Positions 28,905 to 40,294 are shown, counted from the first letter of the stretch. The stretch: 64,000 nucleotides of DNA from Spirochaetota bacterium (GCA_050298055.1 JBNKTL010000021.1:1-64000); one strand, 5' to 3'. Notes: a model not told the origin generated them from the sequence alone. A program made the numbers and translations.

Positions 28905-29040
28905 ATCACTATTCAAATATGAATAAAATATATATATCAAAAAAATTTAATGATGTTTCCCCGCCGCCTTCGGCGGCGGGGAACACCCGTTATGTTTTGT
29001 TAATGAATATAACTTTTCTTATACATAACTGAGTAGATAC
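28905..29040. mobile_element. MITE-like element, GTAACTACTCAG family (copy 3)
   Basis: Right end TATACATAACTGAGTAGATAC; perfect 12-bp stem TTCCCCGCCGCC-TTC-GGCGGCGGGGAA at 28957-28983; degenerate left end. Confidence 0.7.
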
Positions 29041-29247
29041 GATTATTTATTGATATTCAGGGAAGAAATGACAAGGAAAAAACAAAGAGAAGTGTATTTT
29101 TTTGTTATTGAACCGCAAAGAAACAAGGCCGCTGAGGGAGAAAGATTAAAGAAAAGGTTTAACAGAAAGCTCACGAAGAAAGAGGAAGTTGAATGTAAAT
29201 AAGGAAAATTAAAACTTACTTTTTTTTATCAGCTGAGAAAAAGAAGA

Positions 29248-29952
29248 TCACGGGTAAACCCTGAACCTTATACTCCTCTTCCCGGTTAATTCAGTTCCGC
29301 TCCCCTTCGGCAGCATCCTGTTGCCTGTACTGACTTCTTCGAAATTCCCTGAACCGGGATTGAGAGACCTGAAAGACTGGTCAGATCCTGACACGATTTT
29401 AAACTTTATCTTATGGAAACCGCTGTGCCCCAGTTTTCTGTAGAGGGTCTTGAACCTGTCATAGTTTATTTCTCCCTCAACATAGTTATCGGAAACCTTG
29501 AGAACTTTTGCCTTCAGATCGCTTACGATATTCACAATTCTCTCCTGGTTGCCGATCTCACTCCTGCCGTCAGAATGCAGAATGATCCTCTTTTCCCCGG
29601 CATCCCTTGATATTGTTGTTTCCTGGGAATCGGCAAAATATGTTGTGGCAATGTATGAACCGGAGAGAATAACCAGTACCGCAGCTGCCGCGGGCAGATA
29701 CCTCAGGACAAGTTTCTTTCTCTTTCCAATTTTTATCATCCTGAGAGTATTACCGGACAGATCACAGAGGTTAAAGTCCTGGTATCTGAGGCACGATACG
29801 AACTTCACAGTCTTCTTGAGCCTGCCGTACTCCTCGTTGCACCGGGGGCAGTCATCCAGGTGACGGAGAGTATTTTCTTTTTCTTCAAAGGTTGGCAGTT
29901 CATCATCAAACAGGTCTGACAACGTTGAGAACTCAAAACATGATTTGCTCAT
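29248..29952 (-). CDS. Zinc-finger (zf-HC2) membrane anti-sigma factor
   Basis: HLDDCPRC (HxxxCxxC); single TM; immediately downstream of an ECF sigma. Confidence 0.85.
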   Translation of the reverse strand: MSKSCFEFSTLSDLFDDELPTFEEKENTLRHLDDCPRCNEEYGRLKKTVKFVSCLRYQDFNLCDLSGNTLRMIKIGKRKKLVLRYLPAAAAVLVILSGSYIATTYFADSQETTISRDAGEKRIILHSDGRSEIGNQERIVNIVSDLKAKVLKVSDNYVEGEINYDRFKTLYRKLGHSGFHKIKFKIVSGSDQSFRSLNPGSGNFEEVSTGNRMLPKGSGTELTGKRSIRFRVYP

Positions 29953-29953
29953 A

Positions 29954-30526
29954 TTATATCAATCCTCTTGCATAAAGTCTGTTTTTTAAAAATTCTCTTC
30001 CTCTGTGTATTCTCACTTTAACATTGGATAGTTTTATGTCAAGAATTTCTGCAATTTCATTGTACGAAAGTCCTTCAATATCCCTCATTAAAAGGATCTC
30101 TTTATAATCTTCGGGGAGTTTATTTATCTCTTCCCTGACGATTCTCAAAGAGTCATTTGTAATAACTTCATCTTCCGGGTTCTCTCTTTCATCGGGAAGC
30201 TGAATATCGAACTCATCTTCACCCCTCGTTATATTGAGAGGGACCGTACTGTACCGTGAATTCTTTTTCTGATAATTTTTACAATAATTAACCATAATAC
30301 TGTATAACCATGTGGAAAACTTGGCTGCTCTTCTGAATGATGCAAGTGCTTCAATTGACATGATAAATATTTCCTGTGTAATGTCTAATGCTTCATCATA
30401 GTTATGAAACTTGGAATAGACATACCTGAATACCATCTTTTGATATTTCTCAATAATATGAGAAAATGCTTCAACATCACCGTCTAAAACCCGGTCAATT
30501 ATCATTATATCATCTGAATTTGTCAT
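29954..30526 (-). CDS. ECF RNA polymerase sigma factor (RpoE/SigW-like)
   Basis: DITQEIF, KFSTWLY, GLSYNEIA, VKVRIHRGR region 2/4 motifs. Confidence 0.93.
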   Translation of the reverse strand: MTNSDDIMIIDRVLDGDVEAFSHIIEKYQKMVFRYVYSKFHNYDEALDITQEIFIMSIEALASFRRAAKFSTWLYSIMVNYCKNYQKKNSRYSTVPLNITRGEDEFDIQLPDERENPEDEVITNDSLRIVREEINKLPEDYKEILLMRDIEGLSYNEIAEILDIKLSNVKVRIHRGREFLKNRLYARGLI

Positions 30527-30550
30527 TTAATGTCCTTTAGAGTTACAAAA

Positions 30551-31786
30551 TTATCCGGAAATTTTTATAAATCTTCTCTTGCCAACCTTCAGTATTCCTT
30601 CAACAGGGAGCTCGAATTCAAAGTTACTGTCTGTTATCCTTTCATCGTCGAAAGAGACGCCTCCCCCCTGGATCACCCTTCTGGCTTCACCGTTGGTTTT
30701 GGACATTCCGCTTGAAACAAGAAGTTTGACGATCCAGACACGGCCTTCAGTTTTTAACTCATCGGAAATTTCAAATTCTTCCACCTCATCGGGAAGTCCT
30801 TTATCAACAAAAATCTTGTTGAACTCCGCTTCAGCGCTCTCTGCCGTTTCCCTGTCATAAAACTGCGCGCAGATCTCTTTGGCAAGCCTGACCTTGGCGT
30901 CCCTGGGGTGGAGTTTCCCGCTCTTCATATTGGATTTAATGGATTCAACCTCATCCATGGGAACATCCGTCACAAGCTCATAGTAATGAAACATCAGGTC
31001 ATCGGATATTGACATTATCTTGCCGAATATTTCTCCCGGTTTTTCATCAATACCCACATAATTGTTGAGGGATTTACTCATCTTATCTGTTCCGTCAAGA
31101 CCCACCAGAAGCGGCATGGTAATGACTATCTGGGGTTTCTGCCCGTATTCCCTCTGGAGATCCCGGCCCACAAGAAGGTTGAACTTCTGGTCGGTCCCCC
31201 CGAGCTCAACATCGGCCTTTAAGGCCACTGAATCGTAACCCTGAATAAGCGGGTACATAAATTCAAGAATTGAGATGGATACACCCGTCTGGTACCTCTT
31301 TTTAAAATCGTCCCTCTCAAGCATCCGGGCAACATTATATTTGGAGGTAAGTTCAAGGACTTCCGCAAAGTCCATACCGCTGCACCACTTTGAGTTGAAC
31401 TCTACAATGGTCTTATCCTTATTGAGAATCTTAAAGAACTGCTTCTTATAGGTTTCGGCATTTTCAAGGACCTCTTCCCGTGTGAGCCTCTTCCTGGTTT
31501 CCGATTTTCCCGTGGGATCACCGATCATACCGGTAAAATCGCCTATGAGGAAAACAACATGGTGCCCCATATCCTGAAAATGCCTCATCTTCCTGAGGAG
31601 CACCGTATGCCCCAGGTGTATGTCCGGTGCCGTGGGATCAAATCCCGCTTTTATGACCAGGGGTTTTTGCTTTTCCTCCGACTCATGAATCAGCCTGTCA
31701 AAATCATCCCCGGGGATTATCTCTTCGGTTCCCCGCTTCAGGAGGTCAATGTCATTTTTAATTTCACGTTTATCGCTTGTATTCAT
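30551..31786 (-). CDS. tyrS: Tyrosine--tRNA ligase
   Basis: [27 protein letters not shown]-terminal S4 domain. Confidence 0.98.
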   Translation of the reverse strand: MNTSDKREIKNDIDLLKRGTEEIIPGDDFDRLIHESEEKQKPLVIKAGFDPTAPDIHLGHTVLLRKMRHFQDMGHHVVFLIGDFTGMIGDPTGKSETRKRLTREEVLENAETYKKQFFKILNKDKTIVEFNSKWCSGMDFAEVLELTSKYNVARMLERDDFKKRYQTGVSISILEFMYPLIQGYDSVALKADVELGGTDQKFNLLVGRDLQREYGQKPQIVITMPLLVGLDGTDKMSKSLNNYVGIDEKPGEIFGKIMSISDDLMFHYYELVTDVPMDEVESIKSNMKSGKLHPRDAKVRLAKEICAQFYDRETAESAEAEFNKIFVDKGLPDEVEEFEISDELKTEGRVWIVKLLVSSGMSKTNGEARRVIQGGGVSFDDERITDSNFEFELPVEGILKVGKRRFIKISG

Positions 31787-31821
31787 GGTATTCTCTTCTG
31801 ATTCCCTCTGTTTATTTCAAC

Positions 31822-32163
31822 TCAGTGTTCCTTTTTATTATTATCATCCCGGCTCTCTTCGTCTCCATCAGCCTCTTCATCAAGCCCTTCCCTGCCGTCC
31901 TCATCCATGGTCTCCATGAGGTCCTCTATCTCAAAATCGGGGCCATACTCCCGGGTAAAATAGTATTGTGCCACAATCCCGATAAGCTCCTTCCGCGATT
32001 CTTCGGCATCATTTTCTTCAAAAAACCCGATAATGAGCGGGTCTTCCTTCCCGGTCAGATAAACCTCAAACCCGAAACCATTTTCGACTTTTACCAGGGC
32101 CCCTACCGCAGAAATACTGGGAATCACAACAGCGATATCACCATAATCTATTACCGGAAGCAT
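31822..32163 (-). CDS. Hypothetical acidic protein
   Basis: GGAG RBS; co-oriented between dnaJ and tyrS. Confidence 0.7.
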   Translation of the reverse strand: MLPVIDYGDIAVVIPSISAVGALVKVENGFGFEVYLTGKEDPLIIGFFEENDAEESRKELIGIVAQYYFTREYGPDFEIEDLMETMDEDGREGLDEEADGDEESRDDNNKKEH

Positions 32164-32222
32164 AGTTTTTCTCCATATTACACGTTTTTAAAATAAAATG
32201 AAAAACCGGGAGATTCACTCTT

Positions 32223-33326
32223 TTAATAGAATTCCCTGGTTTTATTTCCCACATCCTGACCGTTGAGTTTTGAGAATTCTTTGAGTAATTCTTTCTGGCG
32301 GGGAGTAAGTTTTTTAGGCACCTGTATGTTTATTTTCACAAGCTGGTCCCCCTTGCCGTATGACCCCAGGTAGGGAATCCCGTTTCCCTTCAACCTGAAG
32401 ACCTGTCCGTTTTCTGTTCCGGGGGGTATTTTCATCTTTGCCGTACCACCGGAGAGCGTTGGGACCACTATTTCACCCCCAAGACAGACCAGGGGAAATG
32501 ATACATCTACCACGCTCAATACGTCATTTCCATGTCTCTCAAAATCAGGATGCTTTTGCACATGGATGACCACATAAAGGTCACCGCTTGCGCCGCTGTT
32601 CGGACCCTGTTCTCCTTCACCGCTTATCTTCAGCCGTGAACCGGATTCAACTCCCGCCGGGATCTTGGCCGTAATCTTTCTGTTCTTGACCTTCAGACCG
32701 GACCCGCCGCATGCTTTACACGGGTTCTTTATGATTTTACCCGCTCCTTTACAGTTATAACATGTCTGAGTTATGGAGAAAAATCCCTGGGTCTGTCTTA
32801 CCTGCCCCATGCCGTTACAGACATTACACACGGATGGGGACGTCCCCGCTGCCGATCCCGAACCACTGCAGGAATCACAGACTTCTTTCCGGGGAATCTC
32901 TAAAAGGGCTTCCTTCCCCGTGGCAGCTTCTTCCAGTGTGATAAGGAGATCATATTGCAGATCCGCCCCTCTCCGCGACCTCTTGGACCGTGACCTGCTC
33001 CCGAAAGATGATCCGAAAAATCCTTCAAAAATATCACCCAGATCAAAATCCCCGAAAATATCTGAAAAGTCCGCCTGGGTCCCTCTGAAACCGTCAAAAC
33101 CGGAAACAGCGTCATGACCATACTTATCGTATTGCGCCCGCTTCTTGGGATCTCTCAGAACCTCGTATGCCTCTGTTGCTTCCTTGAACTTCTCTTCTGC
33201 TTCAGGATTGTTCTTATTTTTATCCGGGTGAAACTTCAGAGCAAGTTTCCTGTAAGCCTGTTTCAGCTCATTCTCCGTTGCGTTCTTTGCTATTCCCAGA
33301 ACTTCATAATAATCTCGTTTAGCCAA
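32223..33326 (-). CDS. dnaJ: Chaperone DnaJ
   Basis: HPD J-domain, G/F region, four CxxCxGxG repeats. Confidence 0.98.
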   Translation of the reverse strand: MAKRDYYEVLGIAKNATENELKQAYRKLALKFHPDKNKNNPEAEEKFKEATEAYEVLRDPKKRAQYDKYGHDAVSGFDGFRGTQADFSDIFGDFDLGDIFEGFFGSSFGSRSRSKRSRRGADLQYDLLITLEEAATGKEALLEIPRKEVCDSCSGSGSAAGTSPSVCNVCNGMGQVRQTQGFFSITQTCYNCKGAGKIIKNPCKACGGSGLKVKNRKITAKIPAGVESGSRLKISGEGEQGPNSGASGDLYVVIHVQKHPDFERHGNDVLSVVDVSFPLVCLGGEIVVPTLSGGTAKMKIPPGTENGQVFRLKGNGIPYLGSYGKGDQLVKINIQVPKKLTPRQKELLKEFSKLNGQDVGNKTREFY

Positions 33327-33457
33327 TTTAATCCCTCATAATATTTGTTTAAACACTGCTCCAGACTTATACCGTGTAAAGACAGCCACTTTTATTAACA
33401 GACCGGCACCGGTCCATGCCCCTGCGTCCGCAGGGACACGGATTTACAATCCGGGAT

Positions 33458-35386
33458 CTAAGATTCGTTTTTCTCATCATCCACAACTTCGTAGTCGGCA
33501 TCATAGACCTTTTCGCCGCTGTCAGCCGCGGTTTCACTCTCTTCGGCTTCCGGTTCCTGCTGTCCCTGTTGAGCCTGCTGCCCCGCAGTCTCCTGGTAAA
33601 TTCTCTCGGCAAATTTGTGAGATGCCTGCTCGAGCTTTGTCTTGGCCTCCCTGATAGACGCCGCGTCCCCGGACTCCATCTCCTTTCTCAGGTTAGCGAT
33701 CTCAGCCTCTATCTGCTCCTTCTCCGCGGCCTCGATCTTCTCCTTGTTTTCGTTGATCATTTTTTCAAGAGAGTAGATCAGGGTATCGGCTTCATTTCTT
33801 ATCTCAATGGCCTCCCTTTCCTTCTTGTCCTCTTCAGCGTGGGCTTCCGCGTCTTTTACCATCTTATCGATCTCATCGTCCGAAAGACCGCTGGATGATT
33901 CAATCCTGATCTTCTGCTCCTTACCGGTTCCCAGGTCCTTGGCGGAAACATGCACAATACCGTTTGCGTCAATATCGAAAGCAACTTCAATCTGGGGAAC
34001 TCCCCTTGGCGCGGGAGGAATACCCACGAGGTCAAACCTTCCCAGCGTCCTGTTCTGTGACGCGAGCTCTCTTTCACCCTGAAGAACATGGATTGATACC
34101 GCAGGCTGGTTGTCAGCCGCGGTTGAAAATATCTGGCTCTTCTTTGTGGGTATTGTAGTGTTTCTCTCAATGAGTTTTGTCATAACGCCGCCCAGTGTCT
34201 CAATTCCCAGAGAAAGCGGCGTAACATCCAGGAGAAGTACATCGTGTACGTCCCCGGCGAGCACACCGCCCTGTATTGCCGCGCCGATGGCAACAACCTC
34301 GTCCGGGTTGACTCCCCTGTGCGGCTCTTTGCCGAATATTCTTTTTACAAGTTCCTGTACTGCGGGAATCCGCGTGGAACCTCCTACAAGAATAACTTCA
34401 TCGATGTCACCCGGCGTGAGACCGGCATCATCAAGGGCCCTCATGCAGGGGTCCTTTGTGGAATCAACAAGATCTTCTATGAGCTGCTCGAACTTGGACC
34501 GGGCAAGCTGAAGCTGAAGGTGTTTGGGACCGCTCTGGTCTGCCGTGAGGAACGGTATATTTATATCGGTCTGCATCTTACTGGAAAGTTCAATCTTTGC
34601 CTGCTCGGCAGATTCCTTGAGCCTCTGAAGGGCCATTTTGTCCGCTGATACATCAATACCCGACTGTTTCTTGAACTCTGCAATCATCCATTCCATGACA
34701 CGCTGATCAAAATCATCACCGCCCAGGTGGGTATTTCCATTTGTGGATTTTACCTCAAAAACTCCGTCACCCAGTTCAAGGATAGAGATATCAAAGGTAC
34801 CGCCGCCAAGGTCATATACGGCAATCTTCTCGTTCTCCTTTCCCTTCTCCAATCCGTAGGCAAGGGCCGCCGCCGTCGGCTCATTAATGATCCTTTCAAC
34901 TTCCAGTCCCGCTATCCTTCCCGCATCCTTGGTGGCCTGTCTCTGGGCATCGTTAAAGTATGCGGGAACAGTGATGACCGCTTTCGAGACCGTTTCACCG
35001 AGAAAATCCTCCGCTGTCTGCTTCATCTTCTGCAGTACACGGGCGGATATCTCCTGGGGGGCGAATTCACCGGCAACGGTTTTTACCTTGAGCCCCCCCT
35101 TTCCGTCATCATCAATTTTATAGGGCACCATCTTGATTTCATTCTGGACCTCGTCAAATCTTCGTCCCATGAACCGTTTGATAGACCTGACAGTATTCTC
35201 GGGATTGGTAATGATCTGGTTCTTGGCGACCTGCCCGACAAATCTTTCACCCTTATCCGTATATGCCACAATTGACGGCGTTGTCCTCTGACCTTCAGCA
35301 TTCTGAATGACGCTTGGCTCCCCGCCGGTCATAACTGCAACACACGAATTTGTCGTACCGAGATCAATTCCGATTATTTTACTCAT
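33458..35386 (-). CDS. dnaK: Chaperone DnaK
   Basis: [26 protein letters not shown] Hsp70 signatures. Confidence 0.99.
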   Translation of the reverse strand: MSKIIGIDLGTTNSCVAVMTGGEPSVIQNAEGQRTTPSIVAYTDKGERFVGQVAKNQIITNPENTVRSIKRFMGRRFDEVQNEIKMVPYKIDDDGKGGLKVKTVAGEFAPQEISARVLQKMKQTAEDFLGETVSKAVITVPAYFNDAQRQATKDAGRIAGLEVERIINEPTAAALAYGLEKGKENEKIAVYDLGGGTFDISILELGDGVFEVKSTNGNTHLGGDDFDQRVMEWMIAEFKKQSGIDVSADKMALQRLKESAEQAKIELSSKMQTDINIPFLTADQSGPKHLQLQLARSKFEQLIEDLVDSTKDPCMRALDDAGLTPGDIDEVILVGGSTRIPAVQELVKRIFGKEPHRGVNPDEVVAIGAAIQGGVLAGDVHDVLLLDVTPLSLGIETLGGVMTKLIERNTTIPTKKSQIFSTAADNQPAVSIHVLQGERELASQNRTLGRFDLVGIPPAPRGVPQIEVAFDIDANGIVHVSAKDLGTGKEQKIRIESSSGLSDDEIDKMVKDAEAHAEEDKKEREAIEIRNEADTLIYSLEKMINENKEKIEAAEKEQIEAEIANLRKEMESGDAASIREAKTKLEQASHKFAERIYQETAGQQAQQGQQEPEAEESETAADSGEKVYDADYEVVDDEKNES

Positions 35387-35493
35387 TACTATTTACCTCT
35401 TATTTTTTTTATCTCATTTTAAAAATATAATTGTATTTCTTTACAGCACCATTCCGATTCAATGCACCATCTCCTGGAAGCTGTTAACAGAGA

Positions 35494-36255
35494 CTAACTC
35501 TGTTTTCCCTCTCCTTCATCTGCGGTTGGACCTGAAGGTTTCGTGACCTTTACCTTTGCCGAACGGACAACAAGATCATCAATGCGAAAACCTTTCTGAT
35601 GCACCCTGGTTACCGTATCACATTCCACATCATCACCTGTTTCTATCTCAACCGCTTCATGAAAATTGGGATCAAACTCCAGGTTAAGTGACTCAATTTC
35701 CTTAATACCAAATTTGCCCAGTGTTGACTCGATCCTGCCCGAGATCATGGATACACCCTCAACAAATGAGTTGTGGGCCTTTTCAAGAGATTCACCTTCG
35801 GGGATCTTCCCGGATACCTCAATGGCCCGGAGGAGGTCATCGTTGATATTGATAATTTCCAGCGCGAAGTCTCTGATGGCAAACTTTTTGTTGTCCTCGA
35901 GAAGCTTGAGGTTTCTCTTTTTGAAGTTTTCAAAATCGGCCTGTCTCCTCTGGATGAGCTCCTTTATGGATTCTATCTCCTTATTCAGCTCCATAATCTC
36001 ATCATCCTTTTCAGAGATGACCTTTTTCAGCTGAAACTCCGCGCTGTCCTCATCCTCCCGGGAACTTTTCCTCCTTTCTCTCAGCCTCCTTACATCTCTT
36101 CTCCTTTCCTCATTTCTCCTGTTGTTTTCACCGGTAAAACCCGTTTCACTGTTTTCCCCGGGATTCCCGTTACCGGCAGTTTCTTCAATGTTTTCGCTTT
36201 TTTCTCCGTTTTCCTCCAGGTTTTCCCCCTGGAGTTTTTCACTCTTTTTCGACAT
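35494..36255 (-). CDS. grpE: Nucleotide exchange factor GrpE
   Basis: ADFENFKKR, FDPNFHEA, QKGF...VRSAKVKV; start set at ATG 36255 after GGAG. Confidence 0.93.
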   Translation of the reverse strand: MSKKSEKLQGENLEENGEKSENIEETAGNGNPGENSETGFTGENNRRNEERRRDVRRLRERRKSSREDEDSAEFQLKKVISEKDDEIMELNKEIESIKELIQRRQADFENFKKRNLKLLEDNKKFAIRDFALEIININDDLLRAIEVSGKIPEGESLEKAHNSFVEGVSMISGRIESTLGKFGIKEIESLNLEFDPNFHEAVEIETGDDVECDTVTRVHQKGFRIDDLVVRSAKVKVTKPSGPTADEGEGKQS

Positions 36256-36318
36256 GTCCATCATCTCCAAAAATTTATCAAATGAATTCAGCAATAATTC
36301 TTTATTGTTAAAAATATC

Positions 36319-36477
36319 TTAAACCGCAAAGGCGCAAAGGGCGCAAAGTTTAAGAAAACGTTAAATTTTAAATGTTGATTTATCCCATCTAAAACAGTTT
36401 CTTAAATTTAACATTCAACATTTAAAACTCAACATTAATAAACTCTTCCTTTGCGAACTTGGCGTCTTAGCGGTTAA
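36319..36477. repeat. Nested palindromic repeat element inside the heat-shock operon
   Basis: Outer arms AACCGCAAAGGCGCAAAGGGCGCAAAG / CTTTGCGAACTTGGCGTCTTAGCGGTT; inner heptamer arms TTTAAATGTTGA / TCAACATTTAAA. Confidence 0.75.
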
Positions 36478-36507
36478 AAAATCTTCTTCCTCTCTTCTTC
36501 ATTCTTT

Positions 36508-37563
36508 TTACTTGGACATCTGAGTCAACAGGTCAGATACCAGCTTCCCGGAATAGTCAACCAGGGGAACAACCTTGTCATAGTCCATCCTTGTGGGTCC
36601 TATGATCCCGATTGAACCGACCTTTCTATTGCCAATTTTATATGTGGTCGTAACAATGCTGCACCCGGAAACCTTCTCATCATCAATCTCATTGCCGATG
36701 AAAGTCCTGATCCCGTCCATACCCAGGGAGAGTTCCATGATCTCTCTCAGGATATTTTTCTCTTCTATTATATTCAACAGGCTGTTAAGCCTCGCCTCTT
36801 CAACCATTTCAGGAATTTTCAGAAGGTTTTCAACACCATCCAGGCAGATATCCGACTCTACGCTCTCCATAAGTGCAAGCTCGGCAAAGTCGATTGCCAT
36901 CTCCTTTTTAAAGCCGAGGTTCTTTTCTTTCCTGATCTTTTCAAAGATCGTGTCCTTTATTTCAAGAAGGGAATAACCGCAGAGTTCAGTTGTCAGAAAT
37001 TTTGAAAATTCATAGAGTTCATCCTGTGTCACAGTTGATGAAACATGGATCTTTTTATTGATGACCATACCGGTCCGCGTGACCAGTATAACAAGGACCT
37101 GGTTGATATCCAGGTTAACGAGCTCAATTCTCTTCACTACTGTAAAATCGAGTTTGGGTGTAAGCATGATAGCGGCATATTTTGATATATGAGAGAGCAT
37201 CTTTGTAATGGTACAGAATACCTTGTCGAGCTGAAGTTCCTTTTTGATAAACTCATCCTTGACCCGCACCTCCTGGTTTGAGGAATAGCTGTACTTGTCC
37301 AGAAGGAAATCAACGTAATACCTGTAACCTTTGTCAGTGGGGATCCGGCCTGCTGAGGTATGGGGCTGCATGAGATACCCCATCCCCTCAAGGTCAAACA
37401 TGATATTTCTCATTGTGGCGGGCGAGAGGGAAAATGAATATTTTTGAACGAAAGACCTTGATCCAACAGGTTTACTGGTTTCAATATATTCATGAACAAT
37501 GGCGCTTAATATTGCTGACTCCCTGTCATCCAGCGCTCTCTCTGTAGATATTCCCCGTGGCAT
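36508..37563 (-). CDS. hrcA: Heat-inducible transcription repressor HrcA
   Basis: PVGS, SPATMRN, QPHTSAGRIPTDKGYR, GPTRMDY. Confidence 0.98.
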   Translation of the reverse strand: MPRGISTERALDDRESAILSAIVHEYIETSKPVGSRSFVQKYSFSLSPATMRNIMFDLEGMGYLMQPHTSAGRIPTDKGYRYYVDFLLDKYSYSSNQEVRVKDEFIKKELQLDKVFCTITKMLSHISKYAAIMLTPKLDFTVVKRIELVNLDINQVLVILVTRTGMVINKKIHVSSTVTQDELYEFSKFLTTELCGYSLLEIKDTIFEKIRKEKNLGFKKEMAIDFAELALMESVESDICLDGVENLLKIPEMVEEARLNSLLNIIEEKNILREIMELSLGMDGIRTFIGNEIDDEKVSGCSIVTTTYKIGNRKVGSIGIIGPTRMDYDKVVPLVDYSGKLVSDLLTQMSK

Positions 37564-37584
37564 CCCTTTTTAACCTTTCAATCA

Positions 37585-37611
37585 TTAGCACTCAGCAAAA
37601 CAGAGTGCTAA
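37585..37611. promoter_or_regulatory. CIRCE element (HrcA operator)
   Basis: Perfect TTAGCACTC-N9-GAGTGCTAA; TTGACG-17bp-TATTTT promoter just upstream on the minus strand (37644-37616). Confidence 0.97.
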
Positions 37612-37673
37612 TAGAAAAATAATTATTATTCAGGTATTCGTCAAGGGGAAAAGTAAAAAATATTATAAGAAGA

Positions 37674-38489
37674 TCATTTTTTTGTATTTTTTTTCTTATC
37701 TTTGGCCTCATCCTCTGCCTGGAGGGCCTGTTTATTGGCATCGATTGTGGTTTTCAGTTTGTTGGCCTCTTCGCTCTCACCGAAGAGAACATGTATTTTT
37801 CTCAGCGCAGAGAGAAGCTCGATTGTCTGCTTCATATCATCCCTGGCCTTACCTGTAAGCTCGTACTTGGTCCTGAACTGTTTCGCGGCTTCCGCAAGAC
37901 CGTCCTTGCACATCTGCATCATCTCTTTTCTTTCATGATAGAACTCGGTACGCGGGTCACGGAGTTTCGCAATATCGGAAAAGTTTGTAATATTCTTTGT
38001 AATGACGGCAACCCGGGAGTGGAGCTCCACGAAAGACCACTTCCATTTGGAACTATCCCCCAGCTGGGACCTGATATTTACGAACACATCGTTGACGCGC
38101 CTGATGAGATCAAGAATCTCTGCGGGATTTAACATCCGGATCTTAGCAAGGTATTCGTCATTGGAGCGGAGGGTCCTGTCCGTTTCACTCCCGACCACGG
38201 CTTCCAGCGCCTGCAGTACCTTGTAGAATTCCTTCCTTGCCTCATTGAGAAACTTTTCATTTCTCTGTTTCAGCATGTCAAGGGAGAGGTTGTTCATCCT
38301 GAGGTAGAGGTTTATGATATTCATGTAATATGTTGCGATTTCAAGGTTATAATAATCAGACAGTTTTGCCATCTTCTTCATCTTCGTCAGCTGGATATCC
38401 CTGATCTTCCTGGAGTACTCCTCGACCTCTTTTTTCAGGTCCTTTATCTCATCATTGTATGCCGCCTTTTCCGCTTTCCCGATAGCCAT
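37674..38489 (-). CDS. Hypothetical alpha-helical protein
   Basis: 271-aa ORF with GAGG RBS; no recognisable motif. Confidence 0.75.
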   Translation of the reverse strand: MAIGKAEKAAYNDEIKDLKKEVEEYSRKIRDIQLTKMKKMAKLSDYYNLEIATYYMNIINLYLRMNNLSLDMLKQRNEKFLNEARKEFYKVLQALEAVVGSETDRTLRSNDEYLAKIRMLNPAEILDLIRRVNDVFVNIRSQLGDSSKWKWSFVELHSRVAVITKNITNFSDIAKLRDPRTEFYHERKEMMQMCKDGLAEAAKQFRTKYELTGKARDDMKQTIELLSALRKIHVLFGESEEANKLKTTIDANKQALQAEDEAKDKKKNTKK

Positions 38490-38767
38490 GATATTATCCT
38501 CTTAAATTAACCTTAAAAAGCCCATAAATTCTGAAATTTCCAGCTCTAATTCTTAACTATTCAACCAGGGGATTATCCCCGTTTTAATTTTCCTTGACTA
38601 ATAATCGTATTTTAATTTTATATCTTAACTAACTATTTATATCTTTACAAAATCTCAATATATTGAGTAAAATACAATTATAATTTTATTATCTACAAAA
38701 AAGGCAAAAAACATTATATTTTTTAAAGGGAATGAAATTTATGGGTAACTCAAATAAAATATATGTG

Positions 38768-38870
38768 ACAACTACTCAGCTCTATGGCTAAAAATATGTC
38801 TCTTTACGAAAATATCAACAATGTGTTAGTTTGTTAACATGCCATTTTTAATACATAGCTGAGCAGATAC
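38768..38870. mobile_element. MITE-like element, GTAACTACTCAG family (copy 4)
   Basis: CAACTACTCAGCTCTATGGC ... ATACATAGCTGAGCAGATAC. Confidence 0.7.
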
Positions 38871-38929
38871 TGAACGTGCAGAGTTTAACAGTCACATAAA
38901 ACTAATAATTGATTTAAGGCAGGAAAGAA

Positions 38930-40243
38930 TTGGAAAAATTTGAGATCAAACCGGCTAAAGGAAAACTTGGAGTTGTGATCCCCGGCCTGGGTGCCGTAGG
39001 GACCACGTTTATTGCCGGCGTAATGCTGGTGAGGAAGGGACTGAATATACCCGTTGGTTCCCTTACCCAGATGGGGAAAATAGAAATTGGAAGAGGCGAG
39101 AATGCCAGGAATATAAACTTAAACGAGTTTGTTCCGCTGGCAAAGCTTGAGGATATTGAATTCGGCGGATGGGATATCTTCGAAGACAGCGTCTACGAGG
39201 CAGTTGTAAATGCCGGCGTTCTGAGAAGAGAAGATTTTGACCAGGTTAAAGATGAACTTGAATCAATAAAACCGTGGAAAGCCGTGTTCAACAGGGACTA
39301 TGTTAAAAAACTGGACGGCAAATGGGTAAAAGAAGGAAAAACATACTGGGACCTCGCAGAGAAGCTCAAGAAGGATATGGAGAACTTCAAAAAGGAGAAA
39401 AACCTGGACCGCCTTGTCATGGTCTGGTGCGGTAGTACCGAGATCTACCAGGAGGTTGTACCCGGGATACACGACACCCTGGAAAACTTTGAGAAGGCCC
39501 TGAAGGAAAGCAATCCGAAAATCGCACCGAGCATGATGTATGCCTATGCGGCCCTTTCTTCCGGGATACCCTTTGCCAACGGGGCCCCGAACCTTGCCAA
39601 CAGCATACCGGCACTCTGGGAACTGGCAGAGAGTAAAAAAGTCCCCATGGGAGGGAGCGACTTCAAAACCGGTCAGACACTTATGAAAACAATACTGGCT
39701 CCGGGATTTAAGGCGAGAATGCTCGGGCTGGCCGGCTGGTTTTCAACGAATATCCTTGGCAACAGAGACGGTGAAGTGCTTGATGATCCTGAAAGCTTCA
39801 AGACAAAGGAAGTATCAAAGCTCTCGGTACTTGACCAGATACTCCAGCCCAAACTCTATCCCGAACTCTACGAAGGGTACTCTCACAAGGTAAGGATCAA
39901 TTACTATCCCCCCAGGGGAGACAATAAAGAGGGATGGGACAACATAGACATCTTCGGATGGCTCGGTTACCCCATGCAGATCAAGATCGATTTCCTCTGC
40001 AGGGACTCGATACTTGCCGCACCAATAGTGCTTGACCTCCTCCTCTTTATGGATCTTGCACAGAGAGCAAACCTCTTTGGAAACCAGGAGTGGCTCTCAT
40101 TCTACTGGAAAAGCCCGCAGCACGCGCCGGGCACACAACCTCAGCATGATATTTTTATTCAGCTCATGAAGCTGAAAAACACCCTTCGATGGCTCATGAA
40201 CGAACCACCCGTGACCTACGCGGAATCGGAAGTAGATCAATAA
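38930..40243 (+). CDS. ino1: myo-Inositol-1-phosphate synthase
   Basis: GLGAVG, GSDFKTGQT, NILGNRDG, GDNKEGWD, RDSILAAP. Confidence 0.95.
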   Translation: MEKFEIKPAKGKLGVVIPGLGAVGTTFIAGVMLVRKGLNIPVGSLTQMGKIEIGRGENARNINLNEFVPLAKLEDIEFGGWDIFEDSVYEAVVNAGVLRREDFDQVKDELESIKPWKAVFNRDYVKKLDGKWVKEGKTYWDLAEKLKKDMENFKKEKNLDRLVMVWCGSTEIYQEVVPGIHDTLENFEKALKESNPKIAPSMMYAYAALSSGIPFANGAPNLANSIPALWELAESKKVPMGGSDFKTGQTLMKTILAPGFKARMLGLAGWFSTNILGNRDGEVLDDPESFKTKEVSKLSVLDQILQPKLYPELYEGYSHKVRINYYPPRGDNKEGWDNIDIFGWLGYPMQIKIDFLCRDSILAAPIVLDLLLFMDLAQRANLFGNQEWLSFYWKSPQHAPGTQPQHDIFIQLMKLKNTLRWLMNEPPVTYAESEVDQ

Positions 40244-40257
40244 GAATATATGTTATT

Positions 40258-40285
40258 GCAGGGGCGCAATGTATTGCGCCCCTGC
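40258..40285. repeat. REP-like perfect hairpin between convergent genes (possible terminator)
   Basis: GCAGGGGCGCAAT-GT-ATTGCGCCCCTGC. Confidence 0.7.
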
Positions 40286-40294
40286 GACATTACA

